Shown: positions 16,490 through 26,639 of the stretch, piece by piece | How positions within the stretch are numbered: the first letter of the stretch is position 1 | How the letters are laid out: each line of letters begins with the position of its first letter | NCBI GenBank assembly: GCA_015492645.1 | Contig: WGER01000052.1 | Span: 9,974 to 73,973 of the forward strand | Source: Nitrospirota bacterium | GTDB lineage: Bacteria > Nitrospirota > Thermodesulfovibrionia > Thermodesulfovibrionales > JdFR-85 | Direction: 5' to 3' | Length of the DNA stretch: 64,000 bases | Made by a program: the position numbers and the translations under genes | Notes under the pieces: model-generated | The model's input: the letters and a program-made list of their open reading frames with translations, nothing else | The model's database searches: none | What the model was told of the DNA's origin: nothing

Positions 16490-18153
16490 AACCTGATCTT
16501 CTGCCTGATCTTTGCCCATTCATCCTTGAGGGTTACTGCCCTGTTAAAAACAGGCATACCCCTTTTAGAGTCAGGGTCCACACAGAAGTACCCAACCCTG
16601 AGGAACTGGAATACATCACCAACCCCTGCATCGGCAAGGGATGGTTCAACCCTGCAGCCCCTCAGGACCTCAAGGCTGTTCGGGTTGAGGCACTCTATGA
16701 AATCCTCACACTCTTCGGGATTGGGTTCTCTGAATAACCTTTCATAAAGCCTTACCTCTGCCTCTATAGAATGGGATACAGATATCCAGTGGATTGTCGC
16801 TTTTGTCTTCCTGGTGGAGGTCCCACTCCTTGAATCAGGGTCATATCGACAATGGATGGTCTTTATCTCGCCTGTTTGAGGGTCCTTTTCTATCCTCTCA
16901 CACCTGACAATGTATGCCCCTTTGAGCCTGACTTCCCTGCCAGGGGCGAGCCTGTAGAACTTTGGTGGAGGTTCCTCCATAAAGTCGTCCCTGTCGATAT
17001 ACAACTCCCTTGTAAAAGGGACCTTCCTTTTTCCTGCCTCAGGGTCTTCAGGATTGTTCTCCAGTTCTACCTCTTCTATATAGCCTTCAGGCAGATTGTC
17101 TATGACCACCCTGAGGGGTCTGAGGACAGCCATCCTGCGGGGTGCCCTTCTGTTAAGGTCCTCCCTGAGACAGTGCTCAAGGAGTTCTATATCAACCAGA
17201 CTCTGGGCCTTTGAGACACCTATCATCTGGCAAAAATTCCTGATCGCCTCAGGGGTATACCCCCTCCGCCTCAATCCTGCGAGGGTGGGCATCCTTGGGT
17301 CGTCCCAGCCTGAGACATGACCCTCCTCTACTAAGCGGGTGAGTTTTCTCTTGCTCAGGACCATGTAGGTTATATTCAGCCTGGCAAACTCTATCTGGCG
17401 GGGCTTTGTGGGACCAAGTCTCTCTATAAACCACTCATAAAGGGGTCTGTGATCCTCAAACTCAAGGGTGCAGAGGGAATGGGTGATGCCTTCAATGGCA
17501 TCAGAAAGGGGATGGGCAAAGTCATAGGTTGGGTAGATACACCACCTGTCGCCTGTCCTGTAATGGGAGGCCTTTATTATGCGATATATTACAGGGTCGC
17601 GCATGTTCAGGTTTGGCGAGGCCATGTCAATCTTTGCACGAAGGACCTTCTGCCCCTCCTCAAACTCTCCATTTTTCATCCTCTCAAAGAGTTCAAGGTT
17701 TTCTTCAACAGAGCGGTTTCTGTATGGGCTTTCTCTGCCAGGCTCTGTGAGGGTTCCTCTGTATTGTCTTATCTCCTCTGGTGAGAGGTCATCCACATAG
17801 GCAAGCCCCTTTTTTATCAGTTCCTTTGCAAACTCGTAGAGTTTCTCAAAGTAATCAGAGGCATAATACAGGCGGTCACCCCAGTCGTAGCCGAGCCATC
17901 GGACATCCCTGATGGCCGCATCTACATATTCCTGTTTCTCAGTCAAAGGGTTTGTATCGTCCATACGGAGGTTACAGAGACCTCCATATTTTTCTGCTAT
18001 AGAGAAGTTCAGGACGATGGCCTTGGCATGGCCTATATGGAGATAGCCGTTTGGCTCGGGAGGGAATCGGGTATGGACCCTGGTGTACCTGCCACTTGCC
18101 AGGTCCTCTTCAATAAGTTTTTCTATAAAGTTTTTTGGTTCTTTTGGTTGCAT
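16486..18153 (-). CDS. glnS: glutaminyl-tRNA synthetase
   Basis: 555 aa. Class I HIGH motif ([13 protein letters not shown]) and a KMSKS-type loop (MVLSKRKL). GlnRS-type C-terminal anticodon-binding beta-barrels. Confidence 0.93.
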   Translation of the reverse strand: MQPKEPKNFIEKLIEEDLASGRYTRVHTRFPPEPNGYLHIGHAKAIVLNFSIAEKYGGLCNLRMDDTNPLTEKQEYVDAAIRDVRWLGYDWGDRLYYASDYFEKLYEFAKELIKKGLAYVDDLSPEEIRQYRGTLTEPGRESPYRNRSVEENLELFERMKNGEFEEGQKVLRAKIDMASPNLNMRDPVIYRIIKASHYRTGDRWCIYPTYDFAHPLSDAIEGITHSLCTLEFEDHRPLYEWFIERLGPTKPRQIEFARLNITYMVLSKRKLTRLVEEGHVSGWDDPRMPTLAGLRRRGYTPEAIRNFCQMIGVSKAQSLVDIELLEHCLREDLNRRAPRRMAVLRPLRVVIDNLPEGYIEEVELENNPEDPEAGKRKVPFTRELYIDRDDFMEEPPPKFYRLAPGREVRLKGAYIVRCERIEKDPQTGEIKTIHCRYDPDSRSGTSTRKTKATIHWISVSHSIEAEVRLYERLFREPNPEECEDFIECLNPNSLEVLRGCRVEPSLADAGVGDVFQFLRVGYFCVDPDSKRGMPVFNRAVTLKDEWAKIRQKIRL

Positions 18154-18154
18154 C

Positions 18155-18343
18155 TCAGGGAATAAATCTCTTGACCTTTAGTCCTTTTATGTGCTTGAAG
18201 TGTTTATAATTGCCAGTTAACAACGTCAATCCATAAGAGATTGCCGTAGCCACCACAGAGGCATCAGCAAGATACAATGCGTAACTCAGAAAGTATTCGT
18301 CCATCAAAAACATCGCCCTCAGAGAAATCTCTTCGTTAATAAA
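18155..18343 (-). pseudogene. VapC/PIN-domain toxin remnant (C-terminal half only; N-terminal part frameshifted and degenerate)
   Basis: The minus frame reads ...[59 protein letters not shown], which is a PIN C-terminal half. An upstream stop at 18344-18346 closes this frame. A different frame (18347-18440) carries ...GFSISVINYMRGSATKENA..., a degraded LDTSVLIxYLRG-like N-terminus lacking the catalytic Asp. The stop lies 1 nt from the glnS ATG. Confidence 0.5.
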
Positions 18344-18434
18344 TTATTTGAGGCTTCCAGATGGCAAAGGCCCTTCTAAAGGCATTGCATTCTCTTTTGT
18401 TGCGGAGCCCCTCATATAGTTTATAACCGAAATG

Positions 18435-18641
18435 CTAAATCCATAATGCCTCTCGATGGTCTTCTTTATGGTCCTTCCAGATACCAAAGAGTTCATCTTC
18501 TTCCGATCGAGGTTCCTCTCTATAGGGAACAAGTCTGACACAGGGCCTGCCACTGTATGTGATGGTCATCTCTTCTGGTCTTTTCACGGCCTCAAGGATC
18601 TGTTTTGAATAGAATCTTAAATCCTTTGCAGTTGTCTTCAT
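18435..18641 (-). CDS. Phd/YefM-family type II antitoxin
   Basis: 68 aa. MKTTAKDLRFYSKQILEAVKRPEEMTITYSGRPCVRLVPY... plus an ...LFGIWKD... tail, typical of antitoxins paired with VapC. Confidence 0.7.
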   Translation of the reverse strand: MKTTAKDLRFYSKQILEAVKRPEEMTITYSGRPCVRLVPYREEPRSEEDELFGIWKDHKEDHREALWI

Positions 18642-18663
18642 AGGTTTTCCTTATAAACAAAGA

Positions 18664-18684
18664 TTTACACTTTATTATTGTAAA
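18664..18684. promoter_or_regulatory. inverted repeat TTTACA-N9-TGTAAA upstream of the antitoxin (possible autoregulatory operator)
   Basis: Perfect 6-bp half-sites seen 23-43 nt upstream of the antitoxin ATG. Confidence 0.3.
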
Positions 18685-18770
18685 CTTAATCTAAGACCGA
18701 GGTCAAACCGTCCATGTATGCCCCCGCGACACCTCGAGTGCCGTTGCCAATGTAACACGGGCATGGACGG

Positions 18771-18866
18771 GCGGTGCTGGTGAGGCATCAAATTCAGGGG
18801 CATCAGAGATTTTCAAAGTCCCCCCATTTTGAGACAACCCCCGCCGCTTATCAACCGTATTCTATC
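18771..18866 (-). repeat. dispersed intergenic repeat copy (partial)
   Basis: GAGGCATCAAATTCAGGGGCATCAGAGATTTTCAAAG...CGTATTCTATC parallels 62648-62716 (GAGGCAGGGCATCCTGAAAATCAGAGAATTTTGTG...CATTCTATTTCGG). It is preceded by the long hairpin CCGTCCATG...CATGGACGG (18709-18770). Confidence 0.45.
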
Positions 18867-18879
18867 TACAAAGGACCTC

Positions 18880-20289
18880 TCACTTACCCTCTGCCACCTC
18901 AATGGCCCTCTGAAGACGCCTCAGTGTCCTTTCTCTTCCTATGAGGTAGATGACCTCAAATATCCCGGGGCTCGCAGTACCGCCAGTGAGGGCAACCCTT
19001 ACAGGTTGTGCAACATGTTTGAGTTTCGTCTGGTGGCGATCCACCACCTCTTTGAACAGTGCCTCAAGGGCCTCTTCGGTAAACTCTGCCATCTTTTCGA
19101 TCCCTTCCTTGATATCCTTCAGATAGGGCAGGTACTTTTCATTAAGGAATTTTTCCCTCGCCTTTTCATCAAATTCAACCTCTTCTGTAAAGTAGTATCT
19201 CATAGAAGTGGCAAATTCCTTCAGTGTCTTTACCCTTGGCTTGTATGACTCTATCGCCTTTTGAAGCCACTGTCTGTCTGGCATCCTGTCATCAGGTAAG
19301 AGTCCCTCTCTTTTCAGGAATGGCAGTACCAGATCAACCAGTTCTTCAGTGGCTGTCCGCATTATATACTGGCTATTAAGCCAGAGGAGTTTTTCAGGGT
19401 TAAATACGGCAGCAGACTTGCTCACTCCCTCCAGGGTGAACTTCTCGATAAGTTCCTCACGGCTGAATATCTCCTGGTCACCGCATGACCAGCCGAGTCT
19501 TGCGAGATAATTTACAAGGGCGTCAGGCAGGTAGCCCTCCTCCCTGTAGGCCTGCACAGAGGTTGCACCGTGCCTTTTACTGAGCCTTGTCCTGTCAGGC
19601 CCGAGGATCATAGGCAGATGGGCAAACCTTGGAGGTTCAACGCCAAGGGCCCTGTAGATATGGATCTGCTTCGGGGTGTTGTTAAGGTGGTCATCACCCC
19701 TGATCACATGGGTCACCCTCATCTCCACATCGTCTACCACAACCACAAAGTTGTATGTAGGTGTTCCATCAGAACGGACAATTATAAAGTCATCAAACAT
19801 CTCATTGGGGTAGGCCACTTTACCACGGATTAGGTCATCCACAAATGTCTGTCCAGCCTCTGGCATCATGAACCTGATTGCCGATGGTCTTCCCTGAGGA
19901 GGATTTTTGATCTCCCTACACCTGCCATCGTACCTCGGGGTAAGGCCTTTCTGTATTGCTGCCTGTCGCCTCTGTTCCAGTTCCTCTGGGGTACAATAAC
20001 ACCGGTAAGCCTTCCCCTCCCCTATCAGCCTCTCGGCATAACTCCTGTAGATCTCGAGTCTGTCTGTCTGCCTGTACGGTCCTTCATCCCAGTCCAACTT
20101 CAACCACCTCAATCCATCGATGATCGCCTCTATATATTCCTCTGTACTGCGGCTCCGATCTGTGTCCTCTATCCTCAGAATGAACACACCACCATGATGA
20201 CGTGCAAAGAGGTAGTTGAAGAGGGCCGTCCTTGCCCCGCCTATATGCAGGTAGCCTGTTGGACTTGGTGCAAACCTGACCCTCACCAT
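18880..20289 (-). CDS. gltX: glutamyl-tRNA synthetase
   Basis: 469 aa. HIGH motif ([14 protein letters not shown]) and KMSKS-type loop (RLSKRHG). Confidence 0.95.
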   Translation of the reverse strand: MVRVRFAPSPTGYLHIGGARTALFNYLFARHHGGVFILRIEDTDRSRSTEEYIEAIIDGLRWLKLDWDEGPYRQTDRLEIYRSYAERLIGEGKAYRCYCTPEELEQRRQAAIQKGLTPRYDGRCREIKNPPQGRPSAIRFMMPEAGQTFVDDLIRGKVAYPNEMFDDFIIVRSDGTPTYNFVVVVDDVEMRVTHVIRGDDHLNNTPKQIHIYRALGVEPPRFAHLPMILGPDRTRLSKRHGATSVQAYREEGYLPDALVNYLARLGWSCGDQEIFSREELIEKFTLEGVSKSAAVFNPEKLLWLNSQYIMRTATEELVDLVLPFLKREGLLPDDRMPDRQWLQKAIESYKPRVKTLKEFATSMRYYFTEEVEFDEKAREKFLNEKYLPYLKDIKEGIEKMAEFTEEALEALFKEVVDRHQTKLKHVAQPVRVALTGGTASPGIFEVIYLIGRERTLRRLQRAIEVAEGK

Positions 20290-20366
20290 AATTCAGTTAC
20301 TCTTTGAAGGATTTCAGAAGACAATTTTATCAAAAAGAGCCCCTTTAAGACAAAAATCGCTATAAT

Positions 20367-20598
20367 ACCCCAAGTTGCCGATAGAATTTCAATCAAAACT
20401 TTGGAAGGTGGCAGGGGGTCCCCACAAGATCAGAAGATCTTGTGGGGCAGAGGAACTCAGCCCAGGAAAATTCACGATTTTCCTGGGGACCCTTGCCGAA
20501 AAAATCAGGATTTCAGCGACACCACAAGTGCCGTGTCTAATTTAATGACGTTTCACCCATTAGGTGAAAAAGCACCCACCTCATCGGCAAATTCGGGG
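20367..20598. mobile_element. MITE/BIME-like element bounded by imperfect terminal inverted repeats
   Basis: Left end ACCCCAAGTTGCCGATAG. Right end CATCGGCAAATTCGGGG, the reverse complement of CCCCGAATTTGCCGATG. Inside are two perfect hairpins, CCCCACAAGATC-AGAA-GATCTTGTGGGG (20420-20447) and CCCAGGAAAAT-TCACG-ATTTTCCTGGG (20461-20487). Confidence 0.55.
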
Positions 20599-20641
20599 CC
20601 TTTTGCTTGCATAATTCCTGGAAAGGTTTTATTATAAAAGT

Positions 20642-22786
20642 ATGAAAGGTATAAGAGAAAAAAGGAAACTCCTCACCTTAGATGAATTAACAGAGAAGAT
20701 AAAGGTCTATAATCCCAAGGCTGACACACAATTACTGAGGAAGGCCTACTACTTCTCACATGAGGCCCATTGTTCACAGAAGCGGATAGAGGGGACACCT
20801 TATATAGACCATCCACTTCAGGTCGCTTCAATCCTTGCTGACATGAGGATGGATACCACCACAATAGTGGCAGGTCTCCTCCACGACACCTTAGAGGATA
20901 CCGAGACATCTCTTCAGGATATAGAGGGGCTCTTCGGCAAAGAGGTGGCCTTCTTAGTGAGCGCCCTCACAAAGTTGAGCAGGATGGAGTTCAGGACCAA
21001 GGAGGATGCCCAGGCAGAGAACTTCAGGAGGATGTTCCTTGCGATGGCCGAGGACATAAGGGTAATACTGATAAAGTTTGCTGACAGGCTCCATAATATG
21101 AGAACCCTGGAGTTTCTGCCACCGAGTAAACAACGGAGGATAGCACAGGAGACACTGGAGATATATGCTCCCCTTGCCAACAGACTCGGTATTGGATGGA
21201 TGAGGACCGAGTTCGAAGATCTCAGTTTTAAGTACCTCTATCCAGATATATACAAGTCCCTGTTAAAAAAGGTGGCCAGGAGGAAGGAAGAGCAGGAGGG
21301 TTATATCAATGAGGTGGCAGAGATCGTGAGACAGAAGTTGAGGGAAAACCAGATACCAGGAGAGGTCACTGGAAGGGTAAAACACCTTTACGGGATCTAC
21401 AGAAAGATGCAACAACAGAGGATACCCTTTGAGGAGGTCTACGATGTGCTTGGCCTGAGAATAATTACTGATACAGAGAGGAGATGCTATGAGATTCTGG
21501 GGTTGATACACTCCCTCTGGAGACCCATACCAGGTCGCTTTAAGGACTACATCGCTCTGCCCAAGTCGAACATGTATCAGTCCCTGCACACCTCTGTGGT
21601 GGGTCCAAAGGGTGAGAGGGTGGAGTTCCAGATAAGGACCAGGGAGATGCACAGGATAGCCGAGGAGGGAATAGCAGCCCACTGGATGTACAAAGAGGGC
21701 GGTAAGGTAATGGACAAGGATGCCAGATATATAAAGTGGCTCAGGGAACTGATTCATTCCCAGCAGGAACTGAAGGATGCAAAGGAGTTCTTGGAGATGG
21801 TAAAGGGAGAGGTGGTCCCTGAGGTGGTCTATGTCTTTACCCCAAAGGGTGACATCAAGGAACTGCCAGCCGGCTCCACCCCTGTGGACTTTGCATATTC
21901 GATACATACAGAGGTTGGTCACAGGTGTATCGGTGCGAGGGTGAATGGAAGGATCGTGCCACTGAGGTATCAACTCCAGAGTGGTGATACTGTTGAGATA
22001 ATCACCTCCCCAAACCATGGGCCCAGCAGAGACTGGCTCAGTTTTGTTGTGACCCAGAGGGCAAAAGCGAGGATAAAACAGTGGATAAGGGCGGAGGAAA
22101 GGAAACAGAGTTATGAACTTGGTTACAGGATGCTTGAGGAAGAACTGAGAAAGAGGCATCTGGGCACAACAGTTATGAAGAGCCCGAAGATGGAGGAGGT
22201 GGCACACTCTTTCAGCCTCAAGGGTGTGGAAGACCTCCTCGTCTCTATAGGCTATGGTAAGGTATCGGCACAGCAGGTGGTGAACAGGCTCTTTCCAGAA
22301 CAGAAGGAAGAAGAACTAAAACCGAGACCTATACGGAAACAGGAAGAGGTAAAAGGGGTAAGAATCAAAGGGATTGATGACATCCTGTACCACACTGCAA
22401 AGTGCTGTTTCCCTGTACCAGGAGATGCCCTTGTGGGGTTTGTAACCAGGGGAAAGGGGGTTACGATACACAGGAAGGACTGTCCAAATCTGCAGAGGAT
22501 AGCAGTTGATGACGAGAGGCTCATTGAGGTTGACTGGGTATCTGATGAGAATATAACTGCCCCTGCAAGGGTGTTTGTGGAGACAGTGGACAGGCCCGGC
22601 ATACTGGCGAGCCTCAGTTCTGTGATATCCTCAATGAATGTGAATATATCCCAACTACAGGCAACAACCACTCACGACAGAAGGGCCCACCTGAGCATCA
22701 TACTCGAGGTAAAGGATAGAAACCAGTTACATACCTTAGTGCAGAAACTCGCTTCCACTGATGGTGTGCTCAGTGTGAAGAGATAG
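20642..22786 (+). CDS. rel: bifunctional (p)ppGpp synthetase/hydrolase (Rel/SpoT homologue)
   Basis: 714 aa. HD hydrolase motifs (YIDHPLQVA...LLHDTLEDT), a synthetase domain (RVKHLYGIYRKM), and TGS and C-terminal ACT regions. Confidence 0.95.
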   Translation: MKGIREKRKLLTLDELTEKIKVYNPKADTQLLRKAYYFSHEAHCSQKRIEGTPYIDHPLQVASILADMRMDTTTIVAGLLHDTLEDTETSLQDIEGLFGKEVAFLVSALTKLSRMEFRTKEDAQAENFRRMFLAMAEDIRVILIKFADRLHNMRTLEFLPPSKQRRIAQETLEIYAPLANRLGIGWMRTEFEDLSFKYLYPDIYKSLLKKVARRKEEQEGYINEVAEIVRQKLRENQIPGEVTGRVKHLYGIYRKMQQQRIPFEEVYDVLGLRIITDTERRCYEILGLIHSLWRPIPGRFKDYIALPKSNMYQSLHTSVVGPKGERVEFQIRTREMHRIAEEGIAAHWMYKEGGKVMDKDARYIKWLRELIHSQQELKDAKEFLEMVKGEVVPEVVYVFTPKGDIKELPAGSTPVDFAYSIHTEVGHRCIGARVNGRIVPLRYQLQSGDTVEIITSPNHGPSRDWLSFVVTQRAKARIKQWIRAEERKQSYELGYRMLEEELRKRHLGTTVMKSPKMEEVAHSFSLKGVEDLLVSIGYGKVSAQQVVNRLFPEQKEEELKPRPIRKQEEVKGVRIKGIDDILYHTAKCCFPVPGDALVGFVTRGKGVTIHRKDCPNLQRIAVDDERLIEVDWVSDENITAPARVFVETVDRPGILASLSSVISSMNVNISQLQATTTHDRRAHLSIILEVKDRNQLHTLVQKLASTDGVLSVKR

Positions 22787-22798
22787 CACCTGTAAAGG

Positions 22799-23605
22799 CT
22801 ATCTTTTATGGAGCCAGTCCTCTGTGGAGTACTTCTCTTTACAGAGTGTTCTGGCAAGAGAGTATTCCCAATCAGTGAGTCCAGAATCCTCCATTTTTAC
22901 TGAGAAGGTCTCCTCAAAGGCCCTCCTGAGGGATTCCTTCAAATCCTCGATCCTGATCGATGGATAGACATCAAGGAGGCCGATCATGCTCTCAATAGTT
23001 TTCTCTTCTTTAAATATCCTCCTATTGGTGGAATTGTCGTTGTATAGCAGGAGGGTCCCCTGTTGAAGAAAACCATCAGACCATCGTCTCTGTGCAGAGC
23101 CAATCAACTTCTTTCCAAAGAGTGTGAGTTCCGCATAAGAGACGGACTGGAAACAGAGAGCAGAGCCTGTGAGGACCCTTCCCCTTTCTCTTCTGGTCTT
23201 CATCTCCAGAGGGACCCCGAGCCTTGAAAGGGCATCCTGAAAGACCCTGCTTATAAGGTAGTATGTCTTTAAAAGTCCTGATGGTCCATTCAATCGGGAC
23301 CCTTCAGAGAGTGATAAATCAATGCCTGAGGACGCAGAAAAACTGTAGGTGAGGTCATTGCCGTGGAGGATGGCCCTCCCCCCTGTTGGCCTTCTCACAA
23401 TGGCTATCCCTTCCAGTCTACAAAGAGAGAGGTCTATATCACCTACCCTCTGAAACAGTCCGATACTGACCGAAGGGCTTGACCACTGATAGAGCCTGAG
23501 GGTTGGCTGGACAAGGCCCTGTCTGACTGCTATGGATATCGCCTCGTCAATCGCCATATTCATAAAGGCATCAGAGGCACCTGTGTCTATGAACCGCCAG
23601 TACAT
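22799..23605 (-). CDS. lipoate-protein ligase / octanoyltransferase family protein (BPL/LPL catalytic domain)
   Basis: 268 aa. Motifs RRPTGGRAILHG and GKKLIGSAQRR (catalytic Lys) are typical of the LplA/LipM family. Confidence 0.8.
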   Translation of the reverse strand: MYWRFIDTGASDAFMNMAIDEAISIAVRQGLVQPTLRLYQWSSPSVSIGLFQRVGDIDLSLCRLEGIAIVRRPTGGRAILHGNDLTYSFSASSGIDLSLSEGSRLNGPSGLLKTYYLISRVFQDALSRLGVPLEMKTRRERGRVLTGSALCFQSVSYAELTLFGKKLIGSAQRRWSDGFLQQGTLLLYNDNSTNRRIFKEEKTIESMIGLLDVYPSIRIEDLKESLRRAFEETFSVKMEDSGLTDWEYSLARTLCKEKYSTEDWLHKR

Positions 23606-23817
23606 ATTGATTCACTCCTTCAGGAATATCCAGAGTGTCTAACATGGCCGAGACCTTGGAGATGATATTACCTCAAAAAGAAAGAGAAAATAAAGATCTA
23701 CACCTTCCGAATTTTCTTGTTAACTTTGCCCATATCTGTCCAAATATTATACAGGCGGTATGAAGGACGTCAGGAGAAATTCATAATTTTTTCACAATCC
23801 TCGGGTAACTTTAAAAT

Positions 23818-24240
23818 ATGGAAGAGGTCGGTGTGGTAAAAAGTGTTGATGGTGTTACTGCAAGGGTGGTGATCAAGAAGTCCAGCGCCTGTGATCACTG
23901 TGTGAAGGATCACTGTGAAATGGAAACTACAAACTTTGAAGTTGAGGCGATAAATGCTGCCGGAGCAGAGGTGGGGCAGACGGTAAAGGTGGTCATGAAG
24001 GCCGAGACCTATATCAAGGGAGCCCTTCTGCTTTATGCCCTCCCTGTACTTGCCCTGTTTATTGGTGCGATTTCTGGCTCTATCTATTTCCCTGATGTGC
24101 TGTCTATTGGTCCGGAGACCGGAGCAGTGATAGGTGGGTTTGGGTTGATGCTCCTTTCCTTTATTGTGATAAAGATCGCCTCTTCAAAAATGGAGAAAAA
24201 GACAGAGTACAGGTCAGTCATTGAAGAGGTCCTAAATTAA
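23818..24240 (+). CDS. RseC/MucC-family (SoxR-reducing system) membrane protein
   Basis: 140 aa. N-terminal soluble domain with CDHCVKDHC, followed by two hydrophobic helices. Confidence 0.6.
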   Translation: MEEVGVVKSVDGVTARVVIKKSSACDHCVKDHCEMETTNFEVEAINAAGAEVGQTVKVVMKAETYIKGALLLYALPVLALFIGAISGSIYFPDVLSIGPETGAVIGGFGLMLLSFIVIKIASSKMEKKTEYRSVIEEVLN

Positions 24241-24323
24241 CATTTGATTCGTTAATCAGTCTATCCGCTTTAGATTCCAACCAGAGTCCTTTCATCTCGA
24301 GGAGGTCTCCTGAGCCTTACATT

Positions 24324-25403
24324 ATGTGTATAATAAAACTGATGTATGACTCCAGGAAGGATATGAGGTGGAGCGGACTGAAGGTGGGTATCATTATATC
24401 CTCAGCGCTGGGGATACTCTTTCTGACTGTGATGTTTGCAGGTGGCCTTGAGGAGTTGTTTGTAAAGAGATCGGATGTCTATGCGATCTTTGATGATGTG
24501 AGGGGATTGAGAGAGGGTGCCCCTGTGTGGTTTGCCGGCCTTGAGGTGGGCTCAGTCAAGTCCATAACCCTTACAGCCGACCAGGGGGTCATAGTAAGGA
24601 TGAGTATAAAAGAGGAGTACATGAAGTTCCTGAAGGAGGACTCAGAGGCGACAATCCTCACCCTCGGTCTGCTTGGTGACAAGTATGTGGAACTGTCGGG
24701 TGGTTCTGCCTCTGGTAAACCCCTCATGGCCGGGGCAACGATAAGGGGGACTGTTCAGGCTGAGTTCAAGGACCTGGCAGAGACATCGCAGGCATCTCTT
24801 CAACGGTTGACAGAATTCATAAAGCACCTTGAGAGATTTATCAGGGATCTGGAAGAGGGAGAGGGGACGCTGGCCATGCTCATAAAGGACCCCGCGGTTT
24901 ACAGAAACCTCAAGTCAGGATCTGAGGCGTTTTCAGAGGCCCTTCAATCAATCAACAGGGGAGAGGGCTCCCTTGGTAAGGCACTGAAGGATGACAGGCT
25001 GTATCAACAACTCCTTGAAGGCACCCAGAAATTGAAGGCATTTGCGGATAGACTGAACACCTCAGAGGGGACCCTCCATCTACTCATAGAGGAAAGGGGC
25101 CTATATGACAGGCTTGATAGAACAGCCCGGTCCTTAGAGGAGTTTACAGAGAAACTGAATACATCAGAGGGGACCCTCAGGCAACTGGTTGAGGACAGGA
25201 CACTCTATGATAACCTGAACCTCAGTCTAAAGCAACTCTCTCTCACATTAGAAGAGATAAACTCCGGTAAGGGGCTCTTGGGTGCCCTCGTTAAGGATGC
25301 ACAACTGAGGGCAGAACTCCAGGAGACGATCAGGCAGTTAAATTCCCTGATTGAAGATATAAAGGAGAATCCAAAGAAGTATTTTAAATTCAGTCTATTC
25401 TGA
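24324..25403 (+). CDS. MlaD/MCE-family protein
   Basis: N-terminal TM anchor and MCE domain (VYAIFDDVRGLREGAPVWFAGLEVGSV). Five tandem ~30-aa repeats follow (GEGTLAMLIKD, GEGSLGKALKD, SEGTLHLLIEE, SEGTLRQLVED, GKGLLGALVKD). The start is uncertain; ATG 24342 is possible. Confidence 0.75.
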   Translation: MCIIKLMYDSRKDMRWSGLKVGIIISSALGILFLTVMFAGGLEELFVKRSDVYAIFDDVRGLREGAPVWFAGLEVGSVKSITLTADQGVIVRMSIKEEYMKFLKEDSEATILTLGLLGDKYVELSGGSASGKPLMAGATIRGTVQAEFKDLAETSQASLQRLTEFIKHLERFIRDLEEGEGTLAMLIKDPAVYRNLKSGSEAFSEALQSINRGEGSLGKALKDDRLYQQLLEGTQKLKAFADRLNTSEGTLHLLIEERGLYDRLDRTARSLEEFTEKLNTSEGTLRQLVEDRTLYDNLNLSLKQLSLTLEEINSGKGLLGALVKDAQLRAELQETIRQLNSLIEDIKENPKKYFKFSLF

Positions 25404-25413
25404 AGGAGGTTAT

Positions 25414-26619
25414 ATGGCTAAGGTACTCGCCTTTGTGCTGGCTGGAGGGAAGGGAGAGAGACTCTTTCCATTAACCGCATTCCGTTCCAAGCCTGCTGTA
25501 CCCTTTGGTGGCAGGTACAGGATTGTGGATTTTGTACTCAGTAATCTGGTGAACTCAGGCATCTTCTCCATCTATCTCCTGGTCCAGTATAAGTCCCAGT
25601 CCCTGATAGAACATATAAGACAGCACTGGGTGCTGTCTCCGATATTAAAGGACCACTTTATCGCAGTGGTTCCGCCACAGATGAGAATGGGGCCTGAGTG
25701 GTTTCAAGGGACAGCAGATGCGGTATTCCAGAATATCAACCTGATCAGTGCACACAGGCCTGATCTTGTTGTGGTCTTCGGTGCTGACCATATATACAGA
25801 ATGGACCTCCGACAGATGATAGACTTTCACCTGAGGAACTCGGCAGATGTCACGGTGGCGGCAAGACCGGTACCGATCGAGGAGGCCACACACTTCGGGG
25901 TGATCCAGACAGACCAGGCACAGCAGATAGTGGGATTTCAGGAGAAGCCCGAACATCCCACACCGATGCCCGCTGATCCCACAAAGGCATATGTCTCCAT
26001 GGGGAACTACATCTTTAATTCAGATTTCCTGGTGAAGGTCCTGACGGAGGCACAGGAGAGGAAGTTCCATGACTTTGGTGCCCATATACTGCCTTCCCTG
26101 GTCGGTAAGGCGAGGATGTATGCCTATGACTTTGGCACAAATCAGGTGCCAGGGACAAAGCCCTATGAGGAGAAGGGGTACTGGAGAGATGTGGGTACAA
26201 TAAAGGCATACTATGAGGCACACATGGATATGCTCGGTGAGGAGCCGAAGTTTGAACTCGACAACAGGGACTGGCCTATTTACCCCTCAGGGCAGAAGGC
26301 CCCTGCCTCCAAGTTTCTCAAGGTACAGATAGATGACAGCATAATTGCAGAGGGGGTAAGGGTACAGGATGCGACAATAAGGCGGTCAATCGTCAGAACA
26401 GGGGTGGTGATAGAAAGCGGCACAGTGGTAGAAGACTCCATACTGATGGAAGGCACGACAGTTCAGAGGGGGTGTCATCTTAAGGGAGTGATTGTGGACA
26501 AACACAATGTGATAAAAGCGGGTACACGGATCGGCTTTGAACCCGAAGAAGAGCGGTTTGGACTCCATATTGACCCCTCTGGTATAAGGGTGATACCAAG
26601 AAAGGGATGGAGAGGGTAG
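25414..26619 (+). CDS. glgC: glucose-1-phosphate adenylyltransferase
   Basis: 401 aa. N-terminus VLAGGKGERLFPLT...SKPAVPFGGRYRIVDF and a C-terminal left-handed beta-helix repeat region. Confidence 0.9.
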   Translation: MAKVLAFVLAGGKGERLFPLTAFRSKPAVPFGGRYRIVDFVLSNLVNSGIFSIYLLVQYKSQSLIEHIRQHWVLSPILKDHFIAVVPPQMRMGPEWFQGTADAVFQNINLISAHRPDLVVVFGADHIYRMDLRQMIDFHLRNSADVTVAARPVPIEEATHFGVIQTDQAQQIVGFQEKPEHPTPMPADPTKAYVSMGNYIFNSDFLVKVLTEAQERKFHDFGAHILPSLVGKARMYAYDFGTNQVPGTKPYEEKGYWRDVGTIKAYYEAHMDMLGEEPKFELDNRDWPIYPSGQKAPASKFLKVQIDDSIIAEGVRVQDATIRRSIVRTGVVIESGTVVEDSILMEGTTVQRGCHLKGVIVDKHNVIKAGTRIGFEPEEERFGLHIDPSGIRVIPRKGWRG

Positions 26620-26639
26620 AGGCCCATAGAAGGGCCCCT

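Noticed and set aside
20420-20487. Possible CRISPR array, suggested by consecutive palindromic repeats
   Set aside because: There are only two hairpins, with different sequences. There is no regular repeat-spacer periodicity and no cas genes in the window.
20401-20637. 78-aa ORF (TTG start) in the gltX/rel intergenic region; similarly the 75-aa ORF at 12792..13019 and an unlisted 58-aa ORF at about 13034-13207 (-)
   Set aside because: They read through the perfect hairpins and palindromes of the dispersed repeat. Their apparent similarity to each other (ILWG segment) is explained by DNA-level repeat homology. No SD is present.
21263-22207. 314-aa ORF antisense to rel
   Set aside because: It is embedded in the well-supported Rel/SpoT CDS, with no motif or RBS. 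It is a shadow ORF.
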